DNA of 64,000 nucleotides from assembly GCF_006345805.1 (NCBI RefSeq), contig NC_043001.1:127720001-127784000 (forward strand), written 5' to 3'. The DNA comes from Octopus sinensis. Lineage: Eukaryota. A model generated the notes under the pieces. That model saw nothing but the letters and a program-made list of their open reading frames with translations, searched no databases and was not told the origin of the DNA. Below, one piece after another: positions 1-12,385 of this stretch (position 1 is its first letter; every line of letters starts with the position of its first letter). The translations under genes and the position numbers were made by a program.

Positions 1-165
1 CACCATTACAACCACTAGCATGGTTTGGAAGGGTCTTAAAAAGAACCATTAATCTATATTGTTGACATCGTTTGTTAATCTAAAGTCTTGTTTACTTTAA
101 TTGGAAGCAAAACAGTAAAAATGTTTTCAATCTAAAGCAAACTTTACTTTTTGAAACATTGTTGT

Positions 166-546
166 GCAAAACCACATGGTTCCGGGTTCAGTCCCACTGT
201 GTGGCACCTTGGGCAAGTGTCTTCTACTATAACCTCGGGCCAACCAAAGCCTTGTGAGTGGATTTGGTAGATGGAAACTGAAAGAAGCCTGTCGTATATA
301 TGTATATATATATGTGTGTGTGTGTGTGTATACATTGGTGTGTCTGTGTTTGTCCCCGCCAACATCACTTGACAACCGATGCTAGTGTGTTACATCCCCG
401 TAACTTAGCAGTTTGGCAAAAGAGACCGATAGAATAAGTACCAGGCTTACAAAGAATAAATCCTGGGGTTGATTTGCTCGACTAAAGGCGATGCTCCAGC
501 ATGGCCACAGTCAAATGACTGAAACAAGTAAAAAGAGTAAAAGAGT
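166..546 (+). mobile_element. tRNA-derived SINE, family 1 (GAGTAAAA-tail type), 5'-clipped
   Basis: Matches about 13 other copies in the window; internal (TA/TG)n and (GAGTAAAA)n tail. Confidence 0.85.
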
Positions 547-561
547 ATTTGGAATTAATTA

Positions 562-778
562 CAAGGGGGTGCTGAAAAATTCTTGGCATTAAGGGTATCA
601 TGAAAGACCTGGTTAGGGGTCCAACCTTCTGAGTTCTTTTACAGGGCTTAGAAAAGCTGAAGAACCGCTGCAATAAATGTGTGAATCTGAGAGGGGAATA
701 TGTTGACTAAAATCATAATTGACTGATGCTCCTGTATTTTCTTTTACCCAAAGCCAGGAACTTTTCAGCACCCACTCA
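562..778 (+). mobile_element. Internally deleted mariner (MITE-like) element
   Basis: TA on both sides, about 29-bp imperfect TIRs (caagggggtgctgaaaaattcttggcatt / aaagccaggaacttttcagcacccactca). Internal GLEKLKNRCNKCVNLRGEYVD* is a mariner transposase C-terminus. Confidence 0.8.
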
Positions 779-1058
779 TATGCAATGAAACTACTGTATT
801 GATGACATTGAATTAATGTATCAATAATTACTTCATACAACATTTGCGGCATTTAGCTGTGTCAATTTTGATAAACTCTACTGGGACTTGAACTCAGAAT
901 GTAGAAAAACGTACAATCTCCTTTTTTTTTCAGGTGGTATCAACCAAGATGTATTTTAGTTTGTTGCACCAGGAATCTCTGTCTCTATTAGCTATTTCTA
1001 AATGCTTTTAATGTATATTCAAAGAAAAGAAATTCACTAAAATGAAATTTCATTACAG

Positions 1059-1115
1059 ACAGATACTAAAGTTAACTCAAGGCTTTGTCTGAAACCAGCA
1101 TCAGAGGATTCTCCA
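1059..1115 (+). CDS. BBS2: BBS2 coding exon (first one in window; TDTKVNSRLCLKPASEDSP)
   Basis: ttacag acceptor, GTAAG donor at 1116. Peptide aligns by eye to the human BBS2 NTRLHTTLSVSLGNETQT segment. The start could instead be 1063 (second AG); the upstream exon is not in the window. Confidence 0.75.
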
Positions 1116-1420
1116 GTAAGAATCGACTTTTTTTCTTTATTTTGCATTGATTTTTGGTGGTGGGGACTGAAGCTGAAATATTTTCTCTCCTTCTCTGAAA
1201 ACATTTATTGACGTTATTCAGTGACTGCATATTAGACTACCAATCGAGAGTTCAGCTGATTGTATCCAAACATTTGTGTGATATTGTATTTGTGGACAAA
1301 ACATAATTCACAAAAAAGGGCCCAGTTCACCAGTTTTCATTCTGTGATTTTAGGGATTATCGTGAACTTTGTGTGATAGCGTAAAAACTGGAGTGAAGCT
1401 GTTTGTTTTGTTTTGTTATA

Positions 1421-1808
1421 AATAAATGATGATGATGATGATCATCATCATCATTTAGCGTCCGCTTTCCATGCTGGCATGGGTTGGACAGTACAACTGG
1501 GGTCTGGGAAGCCAGAAGGCTGCACCAGGCCCAGTCTGATCTGGCAATGTTTCTACGGTTAGATGCTCTTCCTAACGCCAACCACTCCGAGAGTGTAGTG
1601 GGTGCTTTTACGTGCCAGATGAGGCTGGCAAACGGCCACGATCAGATGGTGCTTTTTATGTACCACCGGCACGGTGTCCAGGCGAGGCTGGCAAACGGCC
1701 ACAATCAGATGGTGCTTTTTACGTGCCACCGGCACGGAAGCCAGTCGGGGCGGCATTGGCAACAGCCACGTTCAGATGGTTCTCTTACGTGCCACCGGCA
1801 CTGGTATC
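1421..1808 (-). mobile_element. 5'-truncated RTE LINE 3' end with VNTR and (GAT)n tail
   Basis: Homologous to the 3' UTR of the long RTE at 48557-52120. Confidence 0.8.
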
Positions 1809-2039
1809 GCAGCTACAGGTATTAATGCATTCAGTATTAAATGTTTAAAATTTAGGATACAGTTTAGTTACAGAGAATTCTAGATTTTCAAAGTTTCAAA
1901 TGAATATATTTGTATTTGATTTACATTCCTGTTCCTGCTAACTTAGGAGAGCCAGAGAAAACAAATCTGTTTGCATAAAATCAAATTGTAGTGGGGACAG
2001 GGATTTCTACTTGCTTGATCTGGGAGATTGATGCCATTA

Positions 2040-2612
2040 ATTCCTCCTGAACCTTTCTAAATCAACATCTGCTGGAAAGACATGAGCAAGAATAGGATTC
2101 CAGAGGGCCAATGATCTGGAAAGAAGGATTGATAATGTATTACAAGATGCTTCCCTGGGCATGGACACATTGAAACTCTGACGTCTGGCAGCTGACTTGG
2201 CAGACACCCATAAAATTATCAACCATCTTACAAACAATAACTCTGAGCACCTTTTCAAACTCCACCCATCTAACACCTGTGGACATATTTACAAAGTCAG
2301 AAAACAGCACAGCTCCCATGACTTTAGGAAACATTTTTTCACGCTGAGAGTTGCTGAAGCATGGAACAAACTGCCAGCATCAGCTGTTAGTTGTCGGAGC
2401 ACTGCATCCTTCAAAACTTCCATGCTTTCTGAGATTCGCCAACACTACACCTGATTTTCTCCCCTCCATACACACGCAAACATGTATCTGACTCAAACAC
2501 TGTTCACTTCCCAGACATTTGTACATTACTGCATATACTTTATACGCACTTTCTGACAAGTTGTGGTGCACCTGAGCACTGTATACAATAATTTCATTAT
2601 TATTATAATACA
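2040..2612 (+). mobile_element. CR1-clade LINE 3' fragment
   Basis: LRRLAADLADTHKII...RKHFFTLRVAEAWNKLP is the CR1 ORF2 C-terminus; (ATT)n tail. Confidence 0.85.
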
Positions 2613-2804
2613 TGACTGATTTTTAAAAATGTTAATAAATAAGTATTACATTTGACAGAGTAATCTGAATGCTAAAGGATTAAAGTATTAATAAAAAAAA
2701 GTCAGGGAGCTTTAATTAACATTGAACCAACCCAATAAAATTGTTGAGTTTTAATAAATTTCTTGTCATTAATCTTTTCTGTTTGTTTTTCTTTCCTTTT
2801 ACAG

Positions 2805-2838
2805 GCTCAAGTTCTTCTGTTGATAAACACCACCAATG
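2805..2838 (+). CDS. BBS2: BBS2 34-bp coding exon (AQVLLLINTTN-D)
   Basis: Long polypyrimidine tract plus acag, GTAAG donor. Phase 0 in and phase 1 out fit the neighbouring exons. Matches human AHTELRISTSND. Confidence 0.85.
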
Positions 2839-2883
2839 GTAAGATATTGTTGTTGTTTTCTTTCCATTTTTACTATCTATTCT

Positions 2884-3250
2884 TTTACTTGTTTCAGTCA
2901 TTTGACTGTGGTCATGCTAGAGCACCACCTTGAAGGGTTTTAAGTCAAACAAATTGACCCCAGGACTTATTTATTTTTTAAGCTTAGTACTTATTCTATT
3001 GGTCTCTTTTGCTGAAGTGCTAAGTTACAGGGATATAAACACACAAACACCGGTTGTCAAGTGGTGATGGACACACACACACACATAGATAATGGGCTTC
3101 TTTCAGTTTCCGTCTACCAGATCCACTGACAAGGCTTTGGTCGGCCCAAGGCTATAGTAGAAGACACTTGCCCAGGGTGCCACACAGTGGGACTGAACCC
3201 AGAACCATGTGGTTGGGAAGCAAGCTTCTTACCACACAGCCATGCCTGTG
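2884..3250 (-). mobile_element. SINE family 1 copy
   Basis: Reverse complement of the family 1 consensus. Confidence 0.8.
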
Positions 3251-4012
3251 CCTAAATGTTTATTTGTTTATGATAGAATTGTAACAGCAAAAATTTCTGT
3301 GCAGATAAGATTGTACTCCCAATTTGGGTTCTCCAGTCAAAATCCTCAGCAGGTACTGCATTATATATATTTAGACAACATACATAACATTATGTGCTAT
3401 ATTTCTCTTAGCTTTTGGAAATAGATCGTCATAGAGGCAGTGAACTGGCAGAGTCATTAGAATATGAAATAAAAGGCCTCACAGTATTTGTTCCTTTTTT
3501 CTGCACCCAGAGTTCAAATCCTACTGAGGTCAACTTTGTTTTTCATCCTTTTAGGGTTGATGAAAAAAAAAAAGGACCAATCCAGGATTGGCTGAACTGT
3601 GAAAATGTCAAACTGGACACCTTACAGTATTTGTTTCTGCTATTTGTGCTCTGGGTTCAAATCTCACCATGGCCTACTTGGGTCATAGACTTAGCACTTC
3701 TTAACCATATAGCCATACCTGTGCCTACTAAAACAAAAAAAGCATGAAAAAAAAAGCACTTCAAGGAATTTAGACTGCAGACAACAATTTCCATTAGCTT
3801 GTCTCTCTCACTATAATGATATTGTTAACATATTATCAAATATTACATTCTCTGACTTCAAAGAAGAGAAGTAATATTTCATATTTAGAAGAATGTTATT
3901 TGTTTACCTTAAGCATTGTAAAAAAACAGTTCACACCACAAAAAAAATAATAAATAAGTAAATATTTAATTTGGATGAATTAATTAAAATTTATGGATTT
4001 TTTTTTCTTTAG

Positions 4013-4076
4013 ATACTATTATCCGAGCTGCCCTTGTATTTGCTGAAGGAATATTCAAAGGTGAAAGTCATGTAAT
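4013..4076 (+). CDS. BBS2: BBS2 coding exon (TIIRAALVFAEGIFKGESHV)
   Basis: tttag acceptor, GTAAGT donor. Near-identical to the BBS2 motif TIIRAVLIFAEGIFxGESHV. Confidence 0.95.
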
Positions 4077-5285
4077 GTAAGTAAAAGCCTAGCATAAAAC
4101 AATTTTATTTGGTAGTAAAATGCTATAGAAGTGACAGCAGATGTTGTCACTTAAATAGTAGTTCATGTCATCAGCTACATATAGTATTTTCCTGCTTACT
4201 AATTGAGGTAGTATGTAGTGTAAACATTCAAACGTCATTACTATCTTTCCAAAATCCCGCTGCATTTCACATGGAATACTTGGTTCTCCAAAGTTGTCTT
4301 GCTGTATAAGTTGAGCTACCTTTTTTGGCTGCAAATTCAACTTGTATGTTGAAAACATTTCTAGTCTAGACTAAACATTTGTAATATTTGCATGTCTAAA
4401 ATATATCAAAACATTTTTTTGTGACACACTTTAGAACAAATAAAAATATTTGGTACATTGCATATGTAAATTTTTTAAAATGTATTAAAAATAAGTATTT
4501 GTATATTTTACTCTATAAATACAAATAATTTAAACTACAGGAAAATGAATGGTATAGAAAATCTATGTAAAGTTAATTATACAATTTGTTAAGTTACATT
4601 TCTTCACCTTGTGCTGTTGTTTTTTTGGGGTTTTTTTTTTTTTTTGAGAAAATGTACTTGCTACACAACATTATTTCATCATCATTTAACATCTATTGTC
4701 CATGCTGGCATGAGGCTGGATGGTTTGACCAGAGGTGAGAAGCTGGAGAGCTGCACCAGGTCCAGCCTGATTTGGCATGGTTTCTATGGCTGGATGCCCT
4801 TCCTAATGCCAACCACATTACAGAGTGTACTGGGTGCTTTTATGTGGCATTGCACAGGCGCTTTTATGTGAAACCAGCATGCATGCTTTTTACATGGCAC
4901 CAACATAGGACTCTTGCAGGTCAATCGTCTTCACTCGGGGAAGCAGCCTTTCTTCAAAGTTATTCTTAAACATGAAACGTCTTTTGTAAAACATTGTCAG
5001 TAACCACCCTCTTCTCTCATCTTCATCGTCTTCGTCGTCATGGTTGTTATCATCATCATCTTCATCACTTTACATATGCTTTCCAAGCTGTATGTCTCTG
5101 GGAGCAGAAGCTCCCATAGACTGATACTCACAGCTATCATTTGACCTGGTTTCTACGGCTAAATGCCTTTTCTTTCACCAACCAATTTACAGAGTATACT
5201 GGCTGCATTTTTGTTTTTGTGGCATCAACATATTTTTCATATTTCATTTTACATTAATTTTTCCATGCTAGCATGAATATATATA

Positions 5286-5512
5286 TGAGCTGGCAGAAAC
5301 GTTAGCAGGCCGGGCGAAATGCGTAGCCGTATTTCGTCTGTCGTTACGTTGTGAGTTCAAATTCCGCCGAGATCGACTTTGCCTTTCATCCTTTCGGGGT
5401 CGATAAATAAAGTACCAATTACGCACTGGGGATGATGTAATCGACTTAATCCGTTTGTCTGTCCTTGTTTGTCCCCTCTATGTTTAACCCCTTGTGGGCA
5501 ATAAAGAAATAT
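5286..5512 (+). mobile_element. tRNA-derived SINE, family 2
   Basis: A-box TGGCAGAAACGTTAG, B-box GAGTTCAAATTCC, conserved core gcctttcatcctttcggggtcgataa, AATAAAGAAATA end. Confidence 0.85.
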
Positions 5513-6219
5513 ATTATTGAGGTATTGTTTTACAGTCAGATGCCCTTCCAGTCACTAACTCTTACCTGTATTTCATGGAAAAGATACCACTTGAGAGCTT
5601 AAAAAGTCTGCTGCAAAACAGGACTTAAGGGAACACGCAACTCTACACTTTCTCTGCTTATTTACCATCCACTTTACAATATGCAATGGGTGCAATTTTT
5701 GCAGTACTAGCTGTGGAGATGAAGTTTCACCCACCAATCAATATAAGAAAAGTGTGGAAGGAGTCCTGTCATATAGAATGAGTACAGGAATGGATAACAT
5801 TTTTTTTTTATTACATTTGTATTGCTCTTATCTTTTGCTACCAATTTGCTCAAGACCATTCTTGGCTCTTCAGTATAAACTTCCTGTTTTAAAGTGATCT
5901 AAATTTAAAATTTCACTTTAAAATTTAATTCTAATTTGTTCTAAACTTTAGCTTTATAACAGTAACATTATTTTACTATATTCTTAATGGTGCATGGCTA
6001 AGTGGTTAGGGTATTCAGCTCATAATCAATAAGGCTGTGAGTCCGAAAACTCATGGCGGGATGCATTGTGTCCTTCAGCAAGACCCTTTATTTCACGTTG
6101 CTTCTGTCCACTCAGCTAATAAAAATGAGTAGTACCTTTATTTCAAAGGTCCTGTTTTGTCTCATTCTGTGTCATGCTGAATCTCCCCTAGATCTACATA
6201 AAGGGTACAAATGCTGCAA

Positions 6220-6448
6220 GGCGAGCTGGCAGAAACGTTAGCATGCCGGGCGAAATGCTTAGCAGTATTTCATCTGTCGCTACGTTCTGAGTTCAAATTC
6301 CACCAAGGTCGACTTTGCCTTTCATCCTTTCAGGGTCGATTAAATAAGTACCATTTATGCACTGGGGTCGATATAATCGACTTAATTCATTTGACTGTCC
6401 TTGTTTGTCCCCTCTGTGTGTAGCCCCTTGTGGGCAGTAAAGAAATAA
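6220..6448 (+). mobile_element. SINE family 2 copy
   Basis: Same head, core and tail as 5286-5512. Confidence 0.8.
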
Positions 6449-6555
6449 GAAATAAAGGGTACGCATGTCTGTGGAGTTCTCAGCCATTGGCACACTAATT
6501 ACCTGAGCAGGCTGTTCCGTTGACTGGCTGAGCTGAAACCCTCATCATCATGGAT

Positions 6556-6935
6556 GGAAGCACTCCGTCGATTACGACGACGAGGGTTCTGGTTGATCCG
6601 ATCAACGGAACAGCCTGCTCGTGAAATTAACGTGTAAGTGGCTGAGCACTCCACAGACACATGTACCCTTAACGTAGTTCTCGGGGATATTCAGCGTGAC
6701 ACAGAGAGTGACAAGGCCGGCCCTTTGAAATACAGGTACAACAGAAACAGGAAGTAAGAGTGAGAGAAAGTTGTGGTGAAAGAGTACAGCAGGGATCACC
6801 ACCATCCCCTGCCGGAGCTTCGTGGAGCTTTAGCTGTTTTCGCTCAATAAACACTCACAACGCCCAGTCTGGGAATCGAAACTGCGATCCTACGACCGCG
6901 AGTTCGCTGCCCTAACCACTGGGCCATTGCGCCTC
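6556..6935 (-). mobile_element. tRNA-derived SINE, family 3
   Basis: Head GGCGCAATGGCCCAGTGGTTAGGGCAGCG...GTTTCGATTCC on the - strand. Second full copy at 21112-21493. Confidence 0.85.
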
Positions 6936-7049
6936 ATCATCATAACCAACGGAATGCTAGTGAGTTATTTCTAAAAGTAATTGAAATAAAGAGCATGTGT
7001 TTCATCCGAAATGTGATAACAAAAGAAGTTTTAAAATATTTATTTGCAG

Positions 7050-7157
7050 CCACCCAGCTAATGATAACCCGTGTTCTGAAGTATGTATGATCATAGTTCA
7101 ACCAAAAGATACACCAGTTGATCTCCACATGAAAGTTTTTGTTGGTTACAGAAATTG
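7050..7157 (+). CDS. BBS2: BBS2 coding exon ([35 protein letters not shown])
   Basis: ttgcag acceptor, GTAAGT donor, phase 2/2. Matches the PKDVPVDLHLKAFVGYR motif. Confidence 0.95.
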
Positions 7158-7379
7158 GTAAGTGTATTTTCTGTTTGCAGCATAACCCTTATCTAATCAC
7201 ATATGCTCTCTGTGAATCAGAGAGTATATGTGACCCAGGCACACTGAGCCTGACTTTAAGGCACAGTTATTTTGGCCTTGCCTATTTGGTGTTGCTGATT
7301 CAATGCTGAACTTTATTTTGTCCCCATTTTGTACCTAAGACCATTTGGCATTGCGAAAAAATGCATTTTTTCGTTTAAT

Positions 7380-7720
7380 AATAATAATAATAATAAACAT
7401 TGTGTACAGTGCTCAGGTGCACTACAACTCATCTAAAGTGCATATATAATCAGGTGTAGTTTCGACGGATTTCGGGAAGCATGAGGGCCTTAAAGGATGC
7501 AGTGTCATGGCAGTCAACAACTGACGCAGACAGTTTATTCCATGCTTCAGCAACTCTGAGCGTGAAAAAATGTTTCCGAAAGTCATGGGAGCTGTGTTGT
7601 TTTCTGACTTTGTAGGCATGTCCACGTGTGTTAGACACATGGAGATCAAAAAGGTGTTCAGTGTTGTTATTGGTGAGGTGGTTGACAACTTTGTGGGCGT
7701 TTACCAATTTTTTTTTCCTT
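7380..7720 (-). mobile_element. CR1-clade LINE 3' fragment
   Basis: Same peptide as 2197-2454 on the - strand; (TAT)n tail. Confidence 0.85.
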
Positions 7721-9385
7721 CTTTTTCTCAAGTGGCAACTAACTTGTAATCACAACTACTCAATTACTCAACCACTAAACTTTATTTAGCTTCCTCCTTC
7801 ACTTTATGTATATGAAGGCTGGTAAAATATTGATAAAGTGTAGAAAAGAAAAAAATTTCACCACCTCTAATCCCACTGCCCTCTTCCCATCTCTCTTTCT
7901 CCTTCTCTCCCTCTCTATCTGTCTGTCTGTCTATCTATCTCTTTATCTATCTGTCTCTTTATCTAGCTGTCTCTCTATCTATCTATCTATGAATCAATTA
8001 ATCAATCAATCATCTGTATTTCTGCATGTGTATGTGCATATGTGTATATGTTTGCCTCCAGTATCAAAAAGTGCAGCCACCAAAAAAGTCATTGACAAAA
8101 CAGGCTCAATGACCAATCATAGATGGAAACTGAAACAAGCCCATCGCGCACGTGCATGTGTGCACGCATCATGCACGCCTGCTTGTCTTCATGGTTGTAA
8201 ATGACTGTCACCACTCTGCAAGTGATGTCTTTCATTTCCAATCATTCATAGACAAATATTACCAGGAATTTTATTTGACAGTGGGTTAGTAAAATCATTA
8301 GCATGTCAATCAAATTACCTTGTAGTATTTGTTCTGATTCTGTACAATTTGAGTTCCAATCCCTCCAAGCTCAACTTTACTTTTTGTCCTTCAGCTTTGA
8401 CAAAATAAAGTAACAGTCAGGTACTGGTGTCAGTTTAATTACCTAACCCTCTCCCCACAAAATTGCTGACCTTGTGCATGAATTAGAAATCATTATTAGT
8501 AATTCCAATAATAAGTGTCAAATATTTCTATGTTTATATAAATGGTGAGGTGGCATGTTTCCATCTCACCCAATATTTATTCCAAACTAGCTGCAGTATT
8601 CTGCCTTGTCCAGTTTTATTAATACATAAAAAGAAACATAATCATATGAATTTGCTATATTTTGATTAAATTGCTTTAAAAAGATGCTGTCTTCAGTTGG
8701 TTTGGAATATTGATTTATCCAGAATTAATGAATCCAAACAGTTTAGAAGGGGATTCAAGTAGAACTTCATAAAAATGACCCCATCATCATCATCAACATT
8801 TAACATCCATTTTCCATGCTGGCATGGGTTGGACTGCTTGACGGGAACTGGCAAGGCCAGAGGCCACACTGGATTCCATAGTTTGTTTTGGCTTGGTTTC
8901 CACAGCTAGATGCCCTTCCTAATGCCAGCCACTCCATAAAGTGTACTGGGTTCTTTCTACACGGCACCTTCACCAGTGCTTCTTACATGGTACCAGCACC
9001 AATGCATTTTTTATATAGTGCCAGTACCCACACCAATGCTTTTTACATAGCACTTTATTTTTAGGAGCTCAGTTCTGTTGTGGTGGGCAAGTCTTCTTGA
9101 GTACAGCAATGCACCACATATCTCAGTCCTCTGTCATCTCCTTTGTAAGGTTCAGCATTTTGAGATCAGCCTTCAATACTTTGTCCCATGTCTTCCTGGG
9201 TCTCCCGCTTCCACATATTCCCTCCACTTTAAGTGATCAGCACTTAGAGAGAGAGAAAGATAGGACCTAAAGTTACATAGCTTATGAGCTTGTCCTTAAA
9301 AGGATGTGCCTTTATGCAAAATTTCTGCTATTTAGGTGCAGAACTGTTGCCTACTGGTTAGACAATCAATTCTATATATCAATCC

Positions 9386-9979
9386 TTTAACATTTAAATT
9401 GGCCATATCTATTCCAAATATTGTACCTATGTTCAAACTATTGTATTATATTCTAACTGGCCAGATCTAACTTTCCACACCTACGCTCCAATGTAAGTCT
9501 AAAAATAAACAATCACATCATCATCGTTTAACGTCCGTTCTCCATGCTAGCATGGGTTGGATGGTTCGACCGGGGATCTGGGGAGCCAGAAGGCTTGCAC
9601 CAGGCTCCGGTCTTATCTGGCAATGTTTCTACAGCTGGATGCCCTTCCTAACGCCAACCACTCCGTGAGTGTAGTGGGTGCTTTTTACGTGCCACCTGCA
9701 CTGGTGCCAGGCGAGGCTGGCATCGGCCACGGTCGGATTGGTGCATTTTACGTGCCACATGCACGGAAGCCAGTCGAGGCGGCACTGGCTTCGGCCACGA
9801 TTCGGATGGTGCTTTTTACGTGCCACCGACACGGAAGCCAGTCGAGGCGGCGGTGGCATCAGCCACGATTCACACATCATCAAAATCTCAAAGCTACAGG
9901 ATAATACATGCATTACTTCAAAGCACTATGAATAAATAAGTATTACATTTGACAGAGAAATCTGAATACTAAAGGGTTA
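9386..9979 (+). mobile_element. Old piggyBac-like MITE interrupted by an RTE 3' end (9517-9870)
   Basis: Halves resemble the MITE at 32443, and it ends ctaaagggTTAA. The RTE insert is flanked by a cacatcatc duplication. Confidence 0.7.
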
Positions 9980-10053
9980 AGATATTTTATTACTATGTCG
10001 TGAATGTGATATTTTTACTATTGAAGATTTTATCATTTTATTGATTTTTACAG

Positions 10054-10183
10054 CATGCAGTTTCATGTCTTCGAGATAACTCACACAATCCCCAGATTTG
10101 TTATGTATGTCAAAAGTGAAATGTCTTCTGTGGAAGAACCCGAAGGCTATGTGAAGTTTACAGTCAGTGAAAGAGCTCAAAGG
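10054..10183 (+). CDS. BBS2: BBS2 coding exon (MQFHVFEITHTIPRFVMYVKSEMSSVEEPEGYVKFTVSERAQR)
   Basis: ttacag acceptor, GTAAGT donor, 130 bp. Matches QFHVFE...PRFSMY...YVNFTIAERAQR. Confidence 0.95.
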
Positions 10184-10227
10184 GTAAGTATGAAAATTGT
10201 TCTCCATGCTCTCTAATCCTTATTCCT

Positions 10228-10258
<31 letters not shown>

Positions 10259-10363
10259 GTTGGAACTCCCACCTCCACTGACATTGGCAGTAATGTTGTT
10301 TTGTTGTTGTTTAACCACTGGTCAGCAGAAAGCACTCCTATATGTGAAAGATGTGGCGGCGAA

Positions 10364-10585
10364 CTGGCAGAAACGTTAGCACGCCGGGCGAAATGCGAAG
10401 CCGTATTTCGTCTGCCCTTACATTCTGAGTTCAAATTCCGCCAAGGTCGACTTTGCCTTTCATCCTTTTGGGGTCAATAAATTAAGTACCAGTTATGCAC
10501 TGGGGTCGATGTAATCTACTAAATCCCTTTGTCTGTCCTTGTTTGTCCCCTCTGTGTTTAGCCCCTTGTGGGTAGTAAAGAAATA
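10364..10585 (+). mobile_element. SINE family 2 copy
   Basis: Same head, core and tail. Confidence 0.8.
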
Positions 10586-11409
10586 TATATGTGAAAGATG
10601 TGCCAGCTGTCATAATCTTGTGTTTTTAGAACCAGTGTGTGTCTTTTTTTTCTTTTTAAGAAGGTTATGGTATGATATGATAGAGATTTGACTGATATTT
10701 CTAGTCGACTAAATCACCCATAGAGACCTCATTTTAATTGTGTTGTGTTAGAGGAAGAAGAGGTAGTTGGATGCTAAATGGACTAGTTCACTTGCCACTA
10801 CTAGATTGGAGAATTGTTAGAGTTTGGGACAAAATAAACCTAGTATTCATTCATAAGCATTTAAGTTCTGAGTTCAAATTATGCTGAGGTCAACTTCACT
10901 TTTCATCCTTCTAGGGTTGATAAAATAAATAACCTCTGTAAAACTTTCCAGAAGCCATTTTAGTAGAAACATAACACTACAAAAAAAAACAGAGAGAGGA
11001 GACAGTTTGCCTGTGGGCCAGAGGCTGGAGCATATCTGTTAGGAATTTAATGCCAGTTGTTTGAGTGACAATTCTCTCTGTGTGGTACACAAAATATTTA
11101 CTTTCATAAACAGAGATTGAGAATGTCCTTCAGTACAGAAATGGGAACCTTGTCTCTTGATCCTTCCCAGATTCTGAACTAAAGTAAACTTTGCTTTGTT
11201 TAATACTTCTTTTCTAGAACTGCTAGCTTCTGGAATTCCTTCTTCATCTGTATTTTCTTGCAGGCATCAAACTCCAGATAGTAAAACTGAACATCACAAC
11301 ATCAACCACACAGATCCCATCAGTGTGAGTCTGTGAATATTGGCTTTTTTGATTAAAGGGAATATGCTGCTCCTTTGTTATTGTACACTCCAAACTATCT
11401 ATTATTAAA

Positions 11410-11668
11410 CGCTGCCGGTGGCATGTAAAAAGCACCATCCGTCCGTGGCCGTTTGCCAGCTCTGTCTGGCACCTGTGAGGGTGGCACATAAAAAGCGCCC
11501 ACTACACTCACGGAGTGGTTGGCGTTAGGAAGGGCATCCAGCCGTAGAAACACTGCCAGATCAGACTGGGCCTGATGAAGCCTTCTGACTTCACAGACCC
11601 CAGTTGAACCGTCCAACCCATGCTAGCATGGAAAGCGGACGCTAAATGACGGTGATGATGATGATGAA
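11410..11668 (+). mobile_element. 5'-truncated RTE 3' end, + orientation
   Basis: Ends ggaaagcggacgctaaatga(cggt)gatgatgatg. Confidence 0.8.
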
Positions 11669-12385
11669 CATTAAAAGAAAATGTGTAGACTACATGATAA
11701 CGACTGCAAAAACACATACAGATGTATGCATATCTCTGATACATGTACACACACTCACACAGCTCATATATCTATTGATCACTTACATAACAAACCAGCA
11801 TCATCTTTGTCACACTATCTGTTTTCATGCTCATAAAACCTTAATAAAATAGATGGTCCTCCTGCATTGTGATATGCATGTGACAGCAAGCTTACCCTAG
11901 CATGATTGATCTGCCACAGTCCTGTCCAGTCCTGTCCAAATAGTCCTCATATAAGGACATCTTTAAAATGAAGGCCACATATTCTAAGTGCTAAATCAAA
12001 GGATTGTGCATCCTGTTGTGAAGATGGAATGTTTAAGTAATAAAGATAATATGTTCTACAATGAATATACTATGTTTCACTATAATGATAAGCCATCTCA
12101 CAATAAGGACAACCCATTGCAAAACACACTTGGCCTGCTAGAAAATATAGCAGCCAAATTCTTTCCAATTACAACCTACCATGTTTTTAAAAGAGCAAAA
12201 AGCACTCATTGGCAAGTATAGTTTCAGATATACAAATGCATGGGTTAGTCATAGCTGAAATGCCTTTGACCCTAGGTCTGATTAGTCAGGGACAATCTGG
12301 GGCTAAACAATAATGACAACAAATATATGATTAGCAACAGGGAAACCAGCATGTCCCACAATATAAAAAAAATATGTTATACAAT

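Noticed and set aside
934-1010. Strong acceptor (ttttttttttcag at 933) as a further BBS2 exon
   Set aside because: No frame gives the expected BBS2 segment (...GIIP), and there is no convincing donor.
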